A stretch of 64,000 nt of DNA from Planctomycetaceae bacterium (GTDB lineage: Bacteria; Planctomycetota; PLA2): positions 6,865 through 70,864 of the forward strand of contig JBQTIG010000043.1 of NCBI GenBank assembly GCA_052388375.1. Direction: 5' to 3'. The position numbers and the translations under genes are program-made. Every line of letters starts with the position of its first letter. The stretch's first letter is position 1. Positions 54,249-64,000 of this stretch are shown here, piece after piece. The notes beneath the pieces were generated by a model, which made no database searches, was not told the origin of the DNA, and worked only from the letters and a program-made list of their open reading frames with translations.

Positions 54249-54573
54249 ATCCCCGTTGCTCATCCGGAACGAGGAAGCGCCTGCCGGTCCTTGTGCGAGT
54301 CCCTTCCCCGGCGCCGCTTCGGCGAGGAGCGCGTAAGGCGTTACGAGCTCCCGGGTGTCGAGGGGGTGCAGGAGCGGGAAAACAGAAGAGCCCCCCGCTC
54401 CGTCCCGCGCGTCGTCTACTCTGGAGGCATGGCAGCCCCGCTCTTGTCGCGCTTGCGCGCGACGCGGCCCGAGGCCTCCTTGCGGCCTCTCCCGCGGGGC
54501 CGCGGACCGCGGGAAATCTCGCGCAAGATTCGGTGCCCCTCACGCCGGAACACGCCGGGAGCAGCCTCGCGGA

Positions 54574-54589
54574 CGGCACGGATTCTGCG
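54574..54589 (+). promoter_or_regulatory. candidate sigma-54-type promoter upstream of the aminotransferase-like gene
   Basis: CGGCACGGATTCTGCG has correct GG-N10-GC spacing, with CTGC in place of TTGC. It lies 34 nt before the ATG, inside a 374 bp non-coding gap. Confidence 0.4.
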
Positions 54590-54622
54590 CAACGCAGAGC
54601 GACAGCGGCGACTCCGCCATCC

Positions 54623-55759
54623 ATGATCCTCCTCGGCACCCAAGTCCTGTCGCCGCTCCAGCTGCTGCGCGGCCCCGTGCAGACGTCCCTGCCCTATCCC
54701 CTGGGAGCCGCGGGTGCTCGGCGGTATCTTCTAGCTCGCAACGGGATCTACGACCTGTTCCGGTGCCTGGCACACCCTCCGGGCAGCAACGTGGTCCTGC
54801 CCGCCTACCACAGTGGCAACGAGGTCCTGGCCATCCGGGCCGCGGGTGTGACGCCGCGCTTCTACTCGATCGACCGGGCCCTGCAGCCCTCGATCGACGA
54901 GATCGAGTCGCTCTGCGACGCCTCCACATGCGCCGTCTACCTGATCCACTTCCTGGGGTGGCCCCAGCCGGTCGGCCCCGTCGCCGAGCTCTGCCGCAGG
55001 CGCGGGCTCCTGCTGGTCGAGGACTGCGCGCTCGCGCTGCTCAGCAGCTTCCAGGGAAGGCCCCTGGGGACCTTCGGCGACTACTCCGTCTTCTGCCTCT
55101 ACAAGACGCTGCCGGTTCCCAACGGGGGATATCTCGCGTGCAACCGCCCACCCCTGCCGGACCTCGACGCGATCCCGATCCAACCATGCCCGATGGGAGC
55201 GACGGCGCGCCGAACCATCGACCTGCTGCTGGGATGGCTTCGCCTTCGGGTCGGACCGTTCGCCGCCCTCCCCGCGGCCGTCAAGAGCGGGATCGGCAGC
55301 CTGCTGCGCGGGACCCGCCTCCGGGGCGTTCCCGTCGGAGACATGGGGTTCGCTTTGGACCGCGCCCACCTCGGCATCGGCCGCCTCACCGAATGGCTCC
55401 TGCGCAGGTTCGACTACGCGCGCATCGTCGAGATCCGCCGCCGGAACTACGCCCGGCTGGCCGCGCTCCTGGAGGGGCGCGCCACGCTCCTCCCGATGGG
55501 CCTGGAGGAGGGAGTCTGCCCCCTCTTCTTCCCGGTCCTGGTCCGCGACAAGGGGGCTGCGGCGCAGGCCCTGCGGCGCCAGGGCGTCGGGGCCATCGAG
55601 TTCTGGAACTCGGGAGATCCGGAGGCGGACACGGATCGCTTCCCCGATGCCGCGTTCCTGCGGCGGCATCTTCTCGAGCTCCCCATCCACCAGGACATCT
55701 CCCCACGGCAGATCGACCGCATGGCGGAAATCCTGCTCCGGCTCGCGCCCTGGGCGTGA
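54623..55759 (+). CDS. DegT/DnrJ/EryC1-like PLP-dependent aminotransferase-fold protein
   Basis: Met111 of the track ORF. The layout resembles the DegT family: VVLPAYHSGNEV, LLLVEDCALAL, and a putative PLP lysine in FCLYKTLPVPNGGY. This is a motif-level call only. Confidence 0.6.
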   Translation: MILLGTQVLSPLQLLRGPVQTSLPYPLGAAGARRYLLARNGIYDLFRCLAHPPGSNVVLPAYHSGNEVLAIRAAGVTPRFYSIDRALQPSIDEIESLCDASTCAVYLIHFLGWPQPVGPVAELCRRRGLLLVEDCALALLSSFQGRPLGTFGDYSVFCLYKTLPVPNGGYLACNRPPLPDLDAIPIQPCPMGATARRTIDLLLGWLRLRVGPFAALPAAVKSGIGSLLRGTRLRGVPVGDMGFALDRAHLGIGRLTEWLLRRFDYARIVEIRRRNYARLAALLEGRATLLPMGLEEGVCPLFFPVLVRDKGAAAQALRRQGVGAIEFWNSGDPEADTDRFPDAAFLRRHLLELPIHQDISPRQIDRMAEILLRLAPWA

Positions 55760-55847
55760 AGCAGCCGGTGATGCGCGCGGGCGATTCTGTCGCGACCTGA
55801 GTGCTGCGCGCAATCCTCCCAGGACGGGCGGGGGCGCGGCGCGGGAG

Positions 55848-55863
55848 CGGCACATCTGTTGCG
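55848..55863 (+). promoter_or_regulatory. sigma-54-type promoter upstream of the NXR-like operon
   Basis: CGGCACATCTGTTGCG matches GGCAC-N5-TTGC exactly. It lies 32 nt upstream of the ATG, with a GGGAGG RBS in between. Confidence 0.6.
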
Positions 55864-55894
55864 CTGAGAGATCTTCAATCCAGCGGGAGGCAAC

Positions 55895-57466
55895 ATGAGG
55901 AAACTGCGGATCGCCCTCGTTTGCGGCACCCTGTTGTTGGCGGCGCTGCTCTCTCGGCCCGGCGCCAGAGCCGCCGACCCCCCCCCTTCGCGCGGCAGGG
56001 AGCTTTACGCGCGCCATTGCGCGGCCTGCCACGGAGCCGAGGGCCTGGGCGACGGGGTCGCCGCCTACCTCCTCTCGCCACGTCCGCGCAATTTCGCGCG
56101 GGGTGAGTTCCGCCTCGTCAGAACCACCAACGGAATCCCCACCGACGAGGACCTCTACCAGGTGATCACGAACGGGATGCCCGGGTCCGCCATGCCTCCC
56201 CACGACCGGCTTAGCGAGGCGGATCGGCGCCTGATCGCGCAGACGGTGCGGGCACTCTGGAGCGCCGGGCTCCGGGCGCGCTATCTCGCCGAGGGGGAGA
56301 GCGAGGAGGACGCCGACACGTTCGTCGTGGAGGACACCACCCCCGGGGCGGCCATCCCCTTCGACGGCGAGACCGAACCGAGCGTCGTCTCCACCGCACG
56401 CGGTCGCCTGGTCTACTTCCAGGCCTGCGCCTCCTGCCACGGCGTCGACGGGCGCGGTGGCACCACGCAGCAACTCGTCGACTCCGAGGGGAATCCCGCC
56501 CCCGCGCGCGACTTCACCCAGGGGGTGTTCAAGGGCGGATCGGACCTCCGCGGGATCTTCGCCCGCCTGCGCGGCGGCATGAGAGGGACCGCCATGCCGA
56601 CCTTCGGCGACAGCGCGCTCTCCCGAAGCGAGGCGTGGGAGGTCGCGCACTTCGTTCGTTCGCTCGTGCCTCCGGGGGCGCAGGCTCGCGTGGCGCAAAC
56701 GACCAAGACGATCACGGCGCGACGCGTCCAGGCCCTCCCGGAAGACGGCGCGGCCTGGCAAGCGGTGCCCGCCGAGTACTTGGCGCTCATGCCGCTCTGG
56801 TGGCGAGACGCGCGGATCGAGGGGGTGCTCGTGCAGGCGGCGCACGACGGCAAGGAGCTCGCGATCCGGCTCACCTGGGACGATCTCACGCGGGACGCGA
56901 CGATCCTTCGACCCCAGGAGTTCCAGGACGGCGCCGCCGTCCAGTGGAGCGCGTCCGACGACCCGCCCTTCTTCGGCATGGGGGACGCGGGAGGCTCGGT
57001 GGCGATCTGGTCCTGGAAGGCCGCGCACCAGGAGGACGCGCAGGGGTTCCGCGACATCGAGGCGATCTATCCCGGCCTCTACCTCGACCACTACCCCTAC
57101 CAGCGCAACACGCGCCCGGGGGAGCGTCCCGACCCCGCCGCGGTCTCGGCGCCCTTCCACGACCCCCGCTTCCTCACGGGTTGGGGCGCGGGCAATCCGC
57201 TGTCGCAGCCGGAGCACGCGCCGCCGGCGGAAGTCGCGGCCGCCAAGGGGCTCGGCACCCTCACGACCGACGCCCCCGAGCTCCACACGGTGCGCGGCGA
57301 GGGACGCTACGACCGCAACGTCTGGACGCTGGTGCTGCTCGCCCCCCTGCGCGAGGGCGCCCAGGCGCCGCGCAGCATCGCCTTCGCCATCTGGGACGGT
57401 GCCCAGGGCGATCGCAACGGGCAGAAGTCGGTGACCGTCTGGCATCGCTTCGCAAAGGAGGAGTAG
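55895..57466 (+). CDS. gamma-type subunit: dihaem cytochrome c fused to an EB_dh (ethylbenzene-dehydrogenase gamma-like, heme b) domain
   Basis: Sec signal, then two class-I cytochrome c units (CAACHGAEG...GMPGSAMPP and CASCHGVDG...GMRGTAMPT). The C-terminal ~270 aa resemble the gamma subunits of type II DMSO-reductase enzymes (NxrC/DdhC/SerC-like) in the block LMPLWWRDARIEGVLVQAAHDGKELAIRLTWDD. Confidence 0.75.
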   Translation: MRKLRIALVCGTLLLAALLSRPGARAADPPPSRGRELYARHCAACHGAEGLGDGVAAYLLSPRPRNFARGEFRLVRTTNGIPTDEDLYQVITNGMPGSAMPPHDRLSEADRRLIAQTVRALWSAGLRARYLAEGESEEDADTFVVEDTTPGAAIPFDGETEPSVVSTARGRLVYFQACASCHGVDGRGGTTQQLVDSEGNPAPARDFTQGVFKGGSDLRGIFARLRGGMRGTAMPTFGDSALSRSEAWEVAHFVRSLVPPGAQARVAQTTKTITARRVQALPEDGAAWQAVPAEYLALMPLWWRDARIEGVLVQAAHDGKELAIRLTWDDLTRDATILRPQEFQDGAAVQWSASDDPPFFGMGDAGGSVAIWSWKAAHQEDAQGFRDIEAIYPGLYLDHYPYQRNTRPGERPDPAAVSAPFHDPRFLTGWGAGNPLSQPEHAPPAEVAAAKGLGTLTTDAPELHTVRGEGRYDRNVWTLVLLAPLREGAQAPRSIAFAIWDGAQGDRNGQKSVTVWHRFAKEE

Positions 57467-57469
57467 ACG

Positions 57470-60400
57470 ATGGAGCGCAGGGATTTCCTCAAGGCGGCCG
57501 GCGCCGGCGTCGCCTTCACCGCCTTCGGCCCCTTCCGTCTGTTCGGGCTCGAGCCGATCGAGGTCGGCAACCCCCTCGCGAGCTATCCCGACCGCGGGTG
57601 GGAGAAGATCTACCACGACCAGTACGCCTACGACGGGAAGTTCCAGTGGGTCTGCTCCCCCAACGACACCCACGCCTGCCGCGTGATGGCCTACACCCGC
57701 AATGGCGTCATCACGCGGATGGGCTCCACCTACGACTACCAGAACTACGCCGACCTCTACGGCAACAAGGCGACGCCCAACTGGAACCCGCGCCAGTGCG
57801 CGAAAGGCTACACCTTCCACCGCGTGGTCTACGGACCTTACCGCCTCAAGCACCCCATCGTGCGCAAGGGTTGGAAGCGCTGGGCGGACGACGGCTTCCC
57901 CTACCTCACCCCCGAGAACCGCGCCCAGTACAAGTTCGACGCGCGCGGCACGGACGAGTTCGAAAGGGTGTCGTGGGATGACGCCCTCGGCTACGTGGCC
58001 AAGGGACTCCGGCAGATCGCGACCACCTATTCGGGGGCCGAGGGCGCGCAGCGGCTACGGGACCAGGGCTATCTGCCCGAGATGATCGACGAGATGGGCG
58101 GCGCGGGCACGCGGACGCTCAAGTTCCGAGGCGGGATGGGGCTCCTCGGCGTGTTCGGCAAGTACGGCATGTACCGGCTCGCCAACTCGATGGCGCTGCT
58201 CGACGACCAGATCCGCAAGGTGGGCGCCGCCGGAGCGAAGGCGGGCCGCACCTGGTCCAACTACACCTGGCACGGGGACCAGGCGCCCGGCCATCCCTGG
58301 GTCCACGGGCTCCAGACCTCGGAGTCCGACTTCCACGACCTGCGCTACTCCAAGCTCATCATCATGGACGGCAAGAACCTGGTCGAGAACAAGATGACCG
58401 ACTCGCACTGGTTCATCGAGTGCATGGAGCGGGGCGCAAAGGTCGTGGTGATCGCCCCGGAGTACGGCCCGCCCTCCACGAAGGCGGACTACTGGATTCC
58501 GATCCGTCCGCAGACCGACGCTGCCCTCTGGCTCGGCATCACGCGCCTCATGATCGACCGGGGCCAGTACGACGAGGGGTTCCTCAAGCGCTTCACGGAC
58601 TTCCCGCTCCTCGTCCGCAAGGACACGCTCCGTCGCCTGCGCGCCGCCGACGTCTTCCCCGACTACAAGAGCGACCTCTCGGCCGACGGGCCCTCCATGG
58701 CGCGCCAGCACTTCGTGAAGGAGGAGCACGACGCCCTCGGGGACTACGTGGTCTGGGACGCCCGCACGCAGTCGCTCAAGCCGCTCACGCGCGACGACGT
58801 GGGGGGACGGCTGGAGCGGAAGGGCATCGACCCCGCCCTCGACAAGGAGCTGACGATCACGACGCAGGACGGGCGGCGGGTGGAGGTGGCGACGCTCTGG
58901 AGCCTCTACCAGGTCCACCTCAAGGACTACGACCTCGACACCGTCTGCGAGATCACCCACTCGCCCCGCGAGCTGATCGTGCGCCTCGCCGACGACATCG
59001 CTTCCATCAAGCCCGTGGCGATCCACCAGGGCGAGGGAATCAACCACTGGTTCCACGCCACGGAGATGAACCGGGCCGCCTACCTCCCCCTCATGCTCAC
59101 CGGCAACATCGGCGTGCGCGGCGCGGGCTGCCACACCTGGGCCGGCAACTACAAGGCGGCGCTCTTCCAGGGCTCGCCCTGGACCGGGCCCGGCTTCAAG
59201 GGCTGGGTGGCCGAGGACCCGTTCCACCCCCAGCGCGACCCCCTGGCGCATGGGCGCGACGTCCCGGTGAAGGGTTACACGAAGGACGAGGAACCCGCCT
59301 ACTGGGACCACGGCGACATGCCCCTCGTGGTGACGACGCCCAAGTACGGACGCCGCAATTTCACGGGCAAGACCCACATGCCCACCCCGACGAAGTCGAT
59401 CCTCTTCAACAACGTCAACCTCATCAACAATTCCAAATGGGCCTACGGGGTGATCCACAACGTCAACCCGAAGGTCGAGTTGATCGTCTCCATCGACATC
59501 CAGATGACCGCCTCGGTGGAGTACGCCGACATCGCGCTCCCGGCCAACTCCTGGGTCGAGTTCGAGGGGCTCGAGGTGACCGCCTCCTGCTCCAACCCGT
59601 TCCTCCAGATCTGGAAGGGCGGCATCCCTCCGGTGTTCGACACCCGCGACGACCTGGCGATCCTCGCCGGGATCGCCGCGAAATTGGCGGAGACGACTGA
59701 GGACGCGCGGTTCACCGACTACTTCAAGTTCGAGTACGAGGGCCGGCGGGACGTCTACATCCAGCGGCTGCTCGACACCTCCACGACCACCTCCGGCTAC
59801 AAGCTCGACGACATCATGGCGGGCAAGTACGGCGTCCCCGGCGCCGCCCTCATGCTCTTCCGCACCTACCCGCGCGTGCCTTTCTACGAGCAGATCCACG
59901 ACGACGAGCCCTTCTTCACGGACCACGGCCGTCTCCAGTCCTACACGGACGTTCCGGAGGCGATCGAGTACGGCGAGAACTTCATCGTCCACCGCGAGGG
60001 GCCGGAGGCGACGCCCTACCTGCCCAACGTGATCCTCTCCACCAACCCCTTCGTGCGGCCGGACGACTACGGGATCCCGCTCGACGCGGAGCGCTGGGAC
60101 GACCGCACCGTGCGCAACGTGAAGATGTCGTGGGCCCAGGTGAAGCAAACCCGCAACTTCCTCTGGGAGAAGGGCTTCCGCTTCTACATGCTCACCCCGA
60201 AGACGCGCCACCGCGTCCACAGCCAGTGGTCCAACGTCGACTGGCATCTCATGTACGACTCCAACTTCGGCGACCCCTACCGCGTCGACAAGCGCAGTCC
60301 CGGAATCGGCGAGCACCAGCTCCACATCAATCCGGAAGCGGCGCGCGCGCTGGGCATCGAGGACGGGGACTACGTCTACGTGGACGCCAATCCGGCCGAC

Positions 60401-60898
60401 CGTCCCTATCTCGACGCCAAGCCCTCCGACCCCTTCTACAAGGTGGCGCGCTGCATGGTCCGCGTGAAGTACAACGCAGCCTACCCCTTCGACACCGTGA
60501 TGATGAAGCACGCGCCCTTCATCGCCACGGAGCGGAGCGTGAAGGCCCACGAGACGCGAGCCGACGGGCGCGCCCTGAGCGAGGGCACCGGCTACCAGGC
60601 CAATTTCCGCTACGGCTCCCAGCAGTCGGTGACCCGCAACTGGCACATGCCGATGCACCAGACCGACACGCTCTTCCACAAGAAGAAGGCGGCCGTCGGG
60701 TTCCTGTTCGGCGGCGAGGCGGACAACCATGCCATCAACACGGTCCCCAAGGAGACGCTCGTGCGCGTCACGAAAGCGGAGGACGGGGGGCTCGGGGGCG
60801 AGGGGGTCTGGGCCGTCGCGACTACCGGGTTCACGCCCGCCCACGAGAACGAGGCCATGCGCCGTTACCTGGGCGGCGACTTGACGAAGGAGGCCTAA
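57470..60898 (+). CDS. nxrA: periplasmic (Tat) molybdopterin alpha subunit, Nitrospira/anammox NxrA-type (NarG-like) nitrite oxidoreductase / nitrate reductase
   Basis: AAGGAGG RBS and a Tat signal (MERRDFLKAAGAG). The 1142 aa length is typical of periplasmic NxrA. The N-terminal FS0 region KFQWVCSPNDTHACRVMAYTRNG has the layout C-x3-D-x3-C. The body is a large MopB domain. The catalytic direction cannot be read from sequence. Confidence 0.85.
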   Translation: MERRDFLKAAGAGVAFTAFGPFRLFGLEPIEVGNPLASYPDRGWEKIYHDQYAYDGKFQWVCSPNDTHACRVMAYTRNGVITRMGSTYDYQNYADLYGNKATPNWNPRQCAKGYTFHRVVYGPYRLKHPIVRKGWKRWADDGFPYLTPENRAQYKFDARGTDEFERVSWDDALGYVAKGLRQIATTYSGAEGAQRLRDQGYLPEMIDEMGGAGTRTLKFRGGMGLLGVFGKYGMYRLANSMALLDDQIRKVGAAGAKAGRTWSNYTWHGDQAPGHPWVHGLQTSESDFHDLRYSKLIIMDGKNLVENKMTDSHWFIECMERGAKVVVIAPEYGPPSTKADYWIPIRPQTDAALWLGITRLMIDRGQYDEGFLKRFTDFPLLVRKDTLRRLRAADVFPDYKSDLSADGPSMARQHFVKEEHDALGDYVVWDARTQSLKPLTRDDVGGRLERKGIDPALDKELTITTQDGRRVEVATLWSLYQVHLKDYDLDTVCEITHSPRELIVRLADDIASIKPVAIHQGEGINHWFHATEMNRAAYLPLMLTGNIGVRGAGCHTWAGNYKAALFQGSPWTGPGFKGWVAEDPFHPQRDPLAHGRDVPVKGYTKDEEPAYWDHGDMPLVVTTPKYGRRNFTGKTHMPTPTKSILFNNVNLINNSKWAYGVIHNVNPKVELIVSIDIQMTASVEYADIALPANSWVEFEGLEVTASCSNPFLQIWKGGIPPVFDTRDDLAILAGIAAKLAETTEDARFTDYFKFEYEGRRDVYIQRLLDTSTTTSGYKLDDIMAGKYGVPGAALMLFRTYPRVPFYEQIHDDEPFFTDHGRLQSYTDVPEAIEYGENFIVHREGPEATPYLPNVILSTNPFVRPDDYGIPLDAERWDDRTVRNVKMSWAQVKQTRNFLWEKGFRFYMLTPKTRHRVHSQWSNVDWHLMYDSNFGDPYRVDKRSPGIGEHQLHINPEAARALGIEDGDYVYVDANPADRPYLDAKPSDPFYKVARCMVRVKYNAAYPFDTVMMKHAPFIATERSVKAHETRADGRALSEGTGYQANFRYGSQQSVTRNWHMPMHQTDTLFHKKKAAVGFLFGGEADNHAINTVPKETLVRVTKAEDGGLGGEGVWAVATTGFTPAHENEAMRRYLGGDLTKEA

Positions 60899-60899
60899 C

Positions 60900-61155
60900 G
60901 TGCCCAAGAACGAGCCGGACGCCACCGATCCGATGACCCTTACCGGCGTCGAGGTGCCCGCGACGGAGGAGGACGTCGTGGCCATGGCGACCGCCTTTGC
61001 CGAGGAGTTCGCCTTCAGCGGCTGGGACGCTCCGCGCATCGCCGCGATGTTCCAGAACCCGTTCTATGCCGGACCGCATCTCGCCTGGCGCACGCTCGGC
61101 AAGGCGCGCGTGACGGCGATCATCGAGCAGTCCGTGCGTCCCCTCCGGAGGAACC

Positions 61156-61172
<17 letters not shown>
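60900..61172 (+). CDS. small hypothetical protein (90 aa) between the alpha and beta genes
   Basis: GTG start 7 nt after a perfect AAGGAGG. The amino-acid composition is balanced (AEEFAFSGWDAPRIAAMFQNPFYAGPHLAW). It has no signal peptide and overlaps the beta-subunit start by 17 nt. Confidence 0.5.
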
Positions 61173-62382
<1,210 letters not shown>

Positions 62383-62391
62383 GAGGCGGTC

Positions 62392-63093
62392 ATGAACACC
62401 TCGGAACGCAACGTCCAACGCGCCGTTCTCTGGAGTTGGCTCGGCCACGCCTTCCGCCGGGACGCGCCCGTCGAGGACCGTTCCACCCTCGAGCGCGCGC
62501 TTCCCGCCGCCTCGCGCGCCTTCGGCCTCGACGCGACCGCCGCGCTCGCCGCCCGCGCCGGAACCGTCGATCCGGCCTCCGCCTACGACCGGCTGTTCGG
62601 CCACACGGTGCGGGGGCCCTGCCCCACCTACGAAGGGGAGTATGGCGAGCCGCGCGGCTACCGCTTCGCGCACGAGATCGGGGATCTCCAGGGCTTCTAT
62701 GCCGCGTTCGGTCTGCGACCCGCGCGGCGGGCGGGCGAACGGGCCGACCACATCGGCACCGAGTGCGAGTTCTACGCCTTCCTCGCGCTCAAGGAAGCGT
62801 GCGCCGAGGAGCTCCACGGCGCGGAAAAGGCCGAACGCTGCCGCGAAGCACGCGCGCGCTTCTTGCGCGAGCATCTCGGCCGCTTCGCGCCCGCGTTGGC
62901 CGCACGGGTGCGGCGACGCAGCGAGGAGCCCTGCTTCGTCGAGGCCGCCAAGCTCCTCGAGGAGGCCCTCAAGGTGGAGTCGGAGGCGTTGGGCGTGGAG
63001 ATCGGACCCGACGACCTCGGGCTGCGCGCCGACGCCGGGAGCCCGGAAGACGCCTGCATCAGCTGCTCCGCGTCGACCGAGACGCCTCGATGA
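62392..63093 (+). CDS. TorD/NarJ-family redox-enzyme maturation chaperone
   Basis: AGGAGG RBS. It contains YDRLF....GPCPTYEGEYG and ADHIGTECEFYAFL, typical of TorD/NarJ/DmsD-like chaperones. Confidence 0.75.
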   Translation: MNTSERNVQRAVLWSWLGHAFRRDAPVEDRSTLERALPAASRAFGLDATAALAARAGTVDPASAYDRLFGHTVRGPCPTYEGEYGEPRGYRFAHEIGDLQGFYAAFGLRPARRAGERADHIGTECEFYAFLALKEACAEELHGAEKAERCREARARFLREHLGRFAPALAARVRRRSEEPCFVEAAKLLEEALKVESEALGVEIGPDDLGLRADAGSPEDACISCSASTETPR

Positions 63094-63947
63094 AAATCGT
63101 CTTCGATCCCCTGCTCGTCGAGGAGGCCGTGTACCTCCTGGCGCGCGCCGACCAGGGACGCTGGAAGGAGATGCGCGCGCGCATCGACCCGCTCTACGGG
63201 GGCGAGGAACGGCCGATGGCGATCGCGCACCTGACCCTGTTCCGGGCGTGGGGCGCGGCGGCGCCGTTCGAGGAGCTCCTCCCGCTGGCGGAGGGCTCGT
63301 CCCGCATGCTCGTGGCCCGTCCGCGATCGCCCTCGGACGAGGGAGCGGAACTTCTGGTGGGAGCGGAGCGAACGGTCCTCGTGCGGGTCGCACCGGAGCG
63401 GCTCCTCGAGCCGGCCGCGCTGCGCCGCTTCCTGCGTCACGAGATGCGCCATGTGTCCGACATGCTCGATCCCGCCTTCGGCTACCACCCGGACCTTGGC
63501 GTAAAGGGCCGTACGAAGGCGCAGGAGAACCTCGTGCGCGATCGCTACCGCACGCTCTGGAACCTCGCGATCGACGCGGTGGAGGAGCCTCCCGTGCCCT
63601 CCGAGGTGCGCCGGCGGCAGCTCGCGCGCGCCTTCTCCGCCCTCGAGCCGGACTCGTTGCGGCAGTTGACGTCCGCCTTCGCCGATCCCGCTCGCCGCCG
63701 CCACGAGGAGTTGGCCTCCGCCGCCCGCAACCCGTGGGCTTGGCTCGGCGTCCCGCGCCGCCACGGTCCCGCGGCGGGAGAGCCGTGCCCCCTCTGCGGG
63801 TTCCCGACCCATGCCTGGTCCCCCGCTCCCCCCACCGACGCCATCCAGTCCCACTACCCCGACTGGAGTCCCGCGGAGGGCGTCTGCGTGCAGTGTGCGG
63901 ACATGCTACGCACCGCGCAGCCGTGCCCCCCCGCCCCCCTCTCCTGA
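63090..63947 (+). CDS. hypothetical protein with HExxH motif and C-terminal Cys4 zinc-ribbon-like motif
   Basis: The ATG overlaps the chaperone stop (ATGA). This is the real part of track ORF 61683..63947. It contains RFLRHEMRHVSDMLDP, and near the C-terminus CPLCG...CVQC. Confidence 0.5.
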   Translation: MKIVFDPLLVEEAVYLLARADQGRWKEMRARIDPLYGGEERPMAIAHLTLFRAWGAAAPFEELLPLAEGSSRMLVARPRSPSDEGAELLVGAERTVLVRVAPERLLEPAALRRFLRHEMRHVSDMLDPAFGYHPDLGVKGRTKAQENLVRDRYRTLWNLAIDAVEEPPVPSEVRRRQLARAFSALEPDSLRQLTSAFADPARRRHEELASAARNPWAWLGVPRRHGPAAGEPCPLCGFPTHAWSPAPPTDAIQSHYPDWSPAEGVCVQCADMLRTAQPCPPAPLS

Positions 63948-63951
63948 ACGC

Positions 63952-64000
63952 ATGAAGCGCGCCCTGCCCAACGCCATCACGGCGTTGCGCCTGCTGCTCA
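63952..64000 (+). CDS. 5' fragment of a probable CDP-alcohol phosphatidyltransferase
   Basis: MKRALPNAITALRLLL matches the common N-terminal PN.IT..R pattern of this family. Only 16 codons are visible. Confidence 0.35.
   Translation, partial: MKRALPNAITALRLLL

Noticed and set aside
54291-54626. 111-aa ORF filling the 374 bp gap after the second HAO-family gene
   Set aside because: It is an Arg-rich, low-complexity translation with no RBS. The region is better explained as a regulatory spacer carrying palindromes and the sigma-54-like element.
58055-61039. 994-aa minus-strand ORF (with a 1040-aa one at 54731..57853)
   Set aside because: Both are antisense to the NxrA-like and gamma-subunit genes. 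They have low-complexity, H/R/G/V/A-rich composition and no motifs. The plus-strand genes have RBSs, signal peptides and cofactor motifs.

Overview
This is a 64 kb window of about 70% GC. It comes from a diderm bacterium, judging by waaA, an outer-membrane porin and lipobox proteins. I saw no rRNA, tRNA or CRISPR array. The high GC produces many long spurious antisense ORFs in the track, so I called genes only where the translation shows recognisable motifs, signal peptides or ribosome-binding sites.

The left third (1-31 kb) is housekeeping, envelope and stress genes:
- waaA, purF, a ferredoxin, HtpX/LemA/CvpA, cardiolipin synthase and pckA.
- Two tandem-USP genes, CBS proteins, hsp20, a two-kinase plus NtrC-type signalling module, and two large CarboxypepD_reg-like secreted proteins.
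- One small accessory patch: a secreted poly-glycine protein next to an intact IS630-family element with a TA duplication in a CTAG target.

The right half (31-64 kb) is an unusually dense set of periplasmic nitrogen-oxide and multiheme respiratory modules:
1. A tightly packed operon of OM porin, Rieske protein, b6-type cytochrome b, a membrane-anchored octaheme HAO-family cytochrome, NapA, and a tandem-duplicated (tetraheme) NapB-like lipoprotein. It has no NapC/NapGH and no cytochrome c1/f.
2. A membrane-anchored multiheme cytochrome translationally coupled to an FG-GAP/ASPIC-UnbV/TPR protein.
3. A PAS sigma-54 activator carrying a five-cysteine cluster, followed by an octaheme-TPR cytochrome and a second, shorter HAO-family octaheme paralogue.
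4. A Tat-exported Nitrospira/anammox-type NxrA/NxrB-like molybdoenzyme operon. It has a fused dihaem-c/EB_dh gamma subunit, a small unknown ORF between the alpha and beta genes, a TorD/NarJ chaperone and an HExxH/Cys4 protein.

Several of these operons, and hsp20, are preceded by GG-N10-GC sigma-54-type promoters. Two sigma-54 activators are encoded in the window.

Two copies of a ~165 nt long-hairpin repeat bracket one USP gene. Their cores are conserved, while their closing stems differ in sequence but stay self-complementary.

All functional calls rest on motif recognition by eye. No database search was run.
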